From Alphaproteobacteria bacterium (GTDB taxonomy: Bacteria > Pseudomonadota > Alphaproteobacteria > UBA828): 64,000 bases of DNA. Shown here in pieces: positions 59,770 to 64,000 of the stretch. The notes beneath the pieces are model-generated. The model had not been told where the DNA came from, searched no databases, and was given only the letters and a program-made list of their open reading frames with translations. Numbering within the stretch: the first letter of the stretch is position 1; each line of letters begins with the position of its first letter. The DNA is taken from the NCBI GenBank assembly GCA_965214705.1, contig OZ243972.1:1312001-1376000 (forward strand), in the 5' to 3' direction. The position numbers and the translations under genes were made by a program.

Positions 59770-60303
59770 ATGCTGCACAGGATCACCGGCCGCGCCGTCA
59801 AATGCGGCCCCGCCGCGATTTCCGCGATCGCCGGCGTGCCCACGCATGAGGCTGCCGCCGTCATCCGCCGACTGTTCGACCGTCCCGCGGTCAACGGCGT
59901 CTTCATCGACGAGCTCGCGGCGGCACTTCACGAGTTCGGCTGGACGCCCGAATGTGCGATCCGCCACCCCAACTATCGCGACCGCCGTTTCGCCCGCCGT
60001 GCGTGCGAATGGGAGCGCCTCTTCGCCGGCGTCCCCTCCCGCGTCCGCGCCGTGACCCTCGGCACCTTCCTCGACGCCGCGCCCGCCGGGACGTGGGCGG
60101 TTTCGGCGAGCAATCATTTCGTCGCCTGTGCGGGCGGCTTCGTCGCGGATTCCGGCGCCTGGTTCTCGCGCAAACCCGCCCTCCGGTCCCGCGCCGAGAA
60201 CGGCCACGGCCGCGTCGCGCTCAGGCGCGTCCGGGAAGCCGTCCGGTTCGTCCGCGTTTCCCCCGAGAACGCCCGGCGCGGCCCAGACACGGAGGAGTGC
60301 TGA
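59770..60303 (+). CDS. Hypothetical protein
   Basis: GGAGG RBS; KCGPAAISAIAG..SNHFVA. Confidence 0.55.
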   Translation: MLHRITGRAVKCGPAAISAIAGVPTHEAAAVIRRLFDRPAVNGVFIDELAAALHEFGWTPECAIRHPNYRDRRFARRACEWERLFAGVPSRVRAVTLGTFLDAAPAGTWAVSASNHFVACAGGFVADSGAWFSRKPALRSRAENGHGRVALRRVREAVRFVRVSPENARRGPDTEEC

Positions 60304-60305
60304 CC

Positions 60306-60946
60306 ATGCCCCGCATCGTCGAGACCACGGTCTACACCATCGAAGAGCTGTCCGAAGCGGCCAGGCAGCGCGCCCGCGCGTGGTATCGCGAGACCTGCCT
60401 CGATTACGAGTGGTACGACTTCGTCTACGAGGATTTCCAGGCCATCTGCGAGATCCTCGGCGTAACACTCCGCACCAGCCCCGTGTGTCTCCATGGCCGC
60501 GGAACGCGTCAAAAGCCGCACCTGTACTTTCGTGGCTTCGCCAGCCAGGGAGACGGCGCGAACTTCGAAGGCTCGTACAGCAACGCCTGGGGCGTCGCCA
60601 GAGCCATCCGCGCGCGCCGCAGGACGCCGAGCTGCACCGCATCGCGGACGAGTTGCAGGCGGTGCAACGGCGCAATTTCCATGCCCTTGCCGCCACGATC
60701 CGCCCACACGGCCGCTATTGCCACGAGTACACCATGGCGATCGACGTCGAGCGCCACAGCCCGCACTGGCAGCCACCCACGGACGGCGCGCAAGACACGG
60801 TGATCGAGGCCATGCGCGACCTCGCGCGCTGGCTCTACCGCCAGCTCCGGCAGGAGTACGAGCATCTGACCTCGGACGAAGCGATCGACGAAACCCTCGC
60901 TGCCAACGAATGGACCTTTACGGGCGGCGGCGAGCGCTTCGGCTGA
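60306..60946 (+). pseudogene. Conserved ICE/plasmid protein (often annotated 'antitoxin of TA stability system'), frameshifted near 60612
   Basis: MPRIVETTVY..ARAWYR..YFRGFASQGDGA in one frame; APQDAELHRIA..EYEHLTSDEAIDETL..FTGGGERF in another. Confidence 0.75.
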
Positions 60947-61153
60947 CCCGGCCCGGCTCCGTTCCCGCGGCATCCGCCATTCCGGATCGGGATTCCGGCC
61001 GCTGACCCACCGCGCGGCCTGACCGCCTCATCGCGCCACGCCCCGAGGAGCACGGGTGGCGGCGGCGGGACAGGCCGGACGGAGCGTTGCGGGAGAATTT
61101 TCCTGCGCCGCTCCGGTGCCGGCTTCCCCGCAGCCCCTCACCGGAGCCCTCTC

Positions 61154-64000
61154 ATGCTCGACGCCCACCCGGCGCCGGCCGCGCCCGCGCGTCCGCCCAC
61201 CGCCGCACTCCCCGCCACCGCGCCGCAGCCCGCCTCCGCGCCCACAGCCTTGCTCACCGCGGCCCGTACGCTGCTGCCCGTCCTGGAAGCCGGCCGCCCG
61301 CTCGATGCCCGCACGCTCCGCAATGCGATAACGGGGGCCTTCGGCGCTTCCGACGCGGACGGCGCCTGGCTCTGGAAGGATTCCTACGAGGCGGCCGAGG
61401 CCGCGCTGGTGCTGTTCCTCCAGCGCTACGGACGCGCCATGCGGCGCGAGGCCGGCGCCGGTCCCGGCGGCTCCGCCGCCATGCTGCGGATGCTGGAGAC
61501 CCTGGCGGCCCTGGAGCCCTCGCAGACGCGGCGCTCCGAAGAGCAGCTCAAGTATCAGCAGTTCTCGACGCCGCTGCCGCTCGCCTACGCCGCTTTGCAG
61601 GCCGCGATGATCCGTCCCGGCGACGTCGTGCTCGAACCGTCGGCGGGCACCGGGATGCTGGCGGTGATGGCGCAGCTTGCGCTCGGCAACGCATCCGCCG
61701 GCGCGCTGCACCTCAACGAGATCGCCGCCACCCGCGCGGGCCTTCTCGCTGGGCTGTTTCCGGGTAACACCGTCACCCGCCACAACGCGGAGTCCATCAG
61801 GGACCGGCTGCCGGAACTGCGCCCCACGGTGGTGCTGATGAACCCGCCCTTCTCGGCGAGCCCGGGCGTGGACCGCATCCGCCACCACGCGGATCTCCAT
61901 CACATCCGCTCGGCCTTCTCGATGCTGCCGCCGGGCGGGCGCCTGGTCGCCATCTCATCTTCTCATTGCGTCCCCGGCGATGCCGCGTGGCAAGACGCCT
62001 TCGCCTCCCTCGACCCGCCGGCCCATGCGGTGTTCACCGCGCCCATCGACGGGCGCGCCTACGCAAAGCGCGGCACCACCTTCGACACCCGCCTCACCGT
62101 CCTCGACAGGGGCGGGGAGAAGCCTTCGCGGGTCTATGCCGGCCATCCCGTGCGCGACGCCGGCCATTTGCTGCAGGCGGTCACCGGCACCGTGCTGCCC
62201 CGGCGCCCCATCGAGCCCGTGCCCGGAGCGGACCTGTTCGGCCAGGCGCCAGCACCGTCGAGACGGTCCCGGCCCACACGGGCCAGGCGCATCAGGACCG
62301 CCCCGGAAGAGGCCCGGCCCCACGACTGGGGCCCGGTCGCGGAGCTCGCATACGAGGCGGTGCCGGCCGGCGCCGGTTCCGCCGGGGCCGCTCATCCCTC
62401 CGGCCCCTACGCACGATGGCGGGCATCGTGCATCCACGTGCCCGGCGCGGTCGAGCACCCGACGCCGCTGGTGCAGTCCGGCGCCATGGCAGCGGTGCCG
62501 CACCCCATGCCGTCCTACCGCCCGATGCTGCCGGAGAAGGTGGTGACCGAGGGGCTGCTGTCCGACGCCCAGCTCGAGAGCGTCATCCTCGCCGGCCAGG
62601 CGCACGAGAAGCACCTCGCCGCCGAGTACCGCATCGGCGCCGGCTGGGAGACCGTACGGCGCGTCGACGCCGACAGCGACGGCGACAACGATGCCGCGCC
62701 GGAGTCAGACGACGACGGCAAGACCGTCGACGCGGACGAGCCGCTGTCCGATCCGGTCCGCTTCCGGCGCGGCTGGATGCTGGGCGACGGCACCGGCTGC
62801 GGCAAGGGACGGCAGGTCGCCGCCATCGTCCTCGACCAGTGGCTCAGGGGTCGCAAGCGCGCGCTCTGGCTCTCACAGTCCGACAAGCTGCTGGAGGACG
62901 CGCGCCGCGACTGGTGCGCCGTCGGCGGGCGCGAGGACGACGTCATCCCCCTCGCCAAGGTTCGCCAGGGGGCCGAGATTCCCCATGCGCAAGGAATCCT
63001 GTTCGCCACCTATGCCACGCTGCGCTCGCCCGCCCGGCAGGGCAAGCCGTCACGCCTCGACCAGATCGTGGGTTGGCTCGCGGACGGCGGCGACGAGGAG
63101 GAGCGCCACGCATATCAGGGCGTGATCGTCTTCGACGAGGCTCACGCCATGGCCAACGCGGCGGGGTCGAAGGGATCGCGCGGCGAGGTGAGGCCGTCGC
63201 AGCAGGGTCGCGCCGGCTTGCGGTTGCAGAACGCGCTGCCCGACGCCCGCATCCTCTACGTCTCCGCCACCGGCGCCACCACCGTCCCTGGCCTCGCCTA
63301 TGCGCGGCGCCTCGGGCTCTGGGCCTCCGGCGAGACCCCGTTCGAGACCCGCACCGCCTTCGTCGCCGCCATGGAGGCGGGCGGGGTGGCCGCGATGGAG
63401 GTGGTAGCGCGCGACCTCAAGGCCCTCGGTCTCTACCAGGCCCGGGCGCTCTCCTACGACGGGGTCGAGGTCGACATCCTGGAGCACCCGCTCACGCCGG
63501 AGCAACGGCGCATCTACGACTCCTACGCGGGCGCCTTCAAGATCATCCACCAGAACATCCAGGAGGCGCTGAAGGCGACCGGGATCGTCGACGGGGACTC
63601 GACGCTCAACAAGAACGCCAAGTCCGCCGCGCTCTCGGCCTTCGAGGGCGCAAAGCAGCGCTTCTTCGGCCACCTGCTGACCTCCATGAAGTGCCCCTCG
63701 CTGATCCGCGCCATCGAGGCGGATTTGCAGGAAGGGCGCTCCGCCGTGGTGCAGCTCGTCTCCACCGGCGAGGCGCTGATGGAGCGGCGCATCGCCGAGA
63801 TCCCGGCGTCGGAATGGGACGACCTCTCCATCGACCTGACGCCGCGCGAGTACGTGCTCGACTTCCTTGAGCACGCCTTCCCGGTGCAGCTGCAGGAGCC
63901 CTTCGAGGACGATGACGGCAACCTCATGTCGCGCCCCGTCTTCGACGCCGACAACAACCCGGTGCTCTGCCAGGACGCACTGGCGAAGCGCGACGCGCTG
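61154..64000 (+). CDS. Strawberry-notch-family methyltransferase/helicase (runs off the window)
   Basis: QQFSTP, VLEPSAGTG, LMNPPFS, LSDAQLE, GDGTGCGKGR, VFDEAH, YVSATGAT; no stop before the end. Confidence 0.9.
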   Translation, partial: MLDAHPAPAAPARPPTAALPATAPQPASAPTALLTAARTLLPVLEAGRPLDARTLRNAITGAFGASDADGAWLWKDSYEAAEAALVLFLQRYGRAMRREAGAGPGGSAAMLRMLETLAALEPSQTRRSEEQLKYQQFSTPLPLAYAALQAAMIRPGDVVLEPSAGTGMLAVMAQLALGNASAGALHLNEIAATRAGLLAGLFPGNTVTRHNAESIRDRLPELRPTVVLMNPPFSASPGVDRIRHHADLHHIRSAFSMLPPGGRLVAISSSHCVPGDAAWQDAFASLDPPAHAVFTAPIDGRAYAKRGTTFDTRLTVLDRGGEKPSRVYAGHPVRDAGHLLQAVTGTVLPRRPIEPVPGADLFGQAPAPSRRSRPTRARRIRTAPEEARPHDWGPVAELAYEAVPAGAGSAGAAHPSGPYARWRASCIHVPGAVEHPTPLVQSGAMAAVPHPMPSYRPMLPEKVVTEGLLSDAQLESVILAGQAHEKHLAAEYRIGAGWETVRRVDADSDGDNDAAPESDDDGKTVDADEPLSDPVRFRRGWMLGDGTGCGKGRQVAAIVLDQWLRGRKRALWLSQSDKLLEDARRDWCAVGGREDDVIPLAKVRQGAEIPHAQGILFATYATLRSPARQGKPSRLDQIVGWLADGGDEEERHAYQGVIVFDEAHAMANAAGSKGSRGEVRPSQQGRAGLRLQNALPDARILYVSATGATTVPGLAYARRLGLWASGETPFETRTAFVAAMEAGGVAAMEVVARDLKALGLYQARALSYDGVEVDILEHPLTPEQRRIYDSYAGAFKIIHQNIQEALKATGIVDGDSTLNKNAKSAALSAFEGAKQRFFGHLLTSMKCPSLIRAIEADLQEGRSAVVQLVSTGEALMERRIAEIPASEWDDLSIDLTPREYVLDFLEHAFPVQLQEPFEDDDGNLMSRPVFDADNNPVLCQDALAKRDAL

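Overview
GC-rich accessory DNA, most likely alphaproteobacterial (two GTTC-N7-GTTC/GAAC-N7-GAAC LexA boxes). It looks like part of a decaying ICE or plasmid. (1) 1-11190: restriction-like defence locus (SNF2 helicase-DUF3883 nuclease, DUF1156 adenine MTase, Swt1-HEPN/DUF499 ATPase) with two toxin-antitoxin pairs inside it. (2) 12303-24319: imuA-imuB-dnaE2 SOS mutagenesis cassette. dnaE2 is split by a nest of elements: an IS1634-like element contains an IS1111/IS110 element, which contains a second IS1111 element. An ORF-less group II intron sits exactly inside the right terminal inverted repeat of the IS1634-like element, and its predicted EBS1 is complementary to that repeat. Target- and donor-matching guide segments can be read directly in the non-coding ends of both IS1111 elements. 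(3) ~25680-43116: a 17.4 kb integrative mobilisable element with tandem tyrosine recombinases and a MOBF relaxase, inserted in a MoxR-like ATPase gene. It carries a complete retron, a double-AAA/WYL/caspase-like operon and a putative exported-nuclease/membrane-protein pair. (4) 43117-64000: ICE backbone or leading-region genes (DUF3150, vWA, Zn-ribbon proteins flanking a tRNA-like RNA, DUF6197-like, PAPS reductase-like, parB, GHKL ATPase, IS-split radC, SRAP, strawberry-notch MTase/helicase). All family names come from motif recognition by eye; no searches or folding programs were run.
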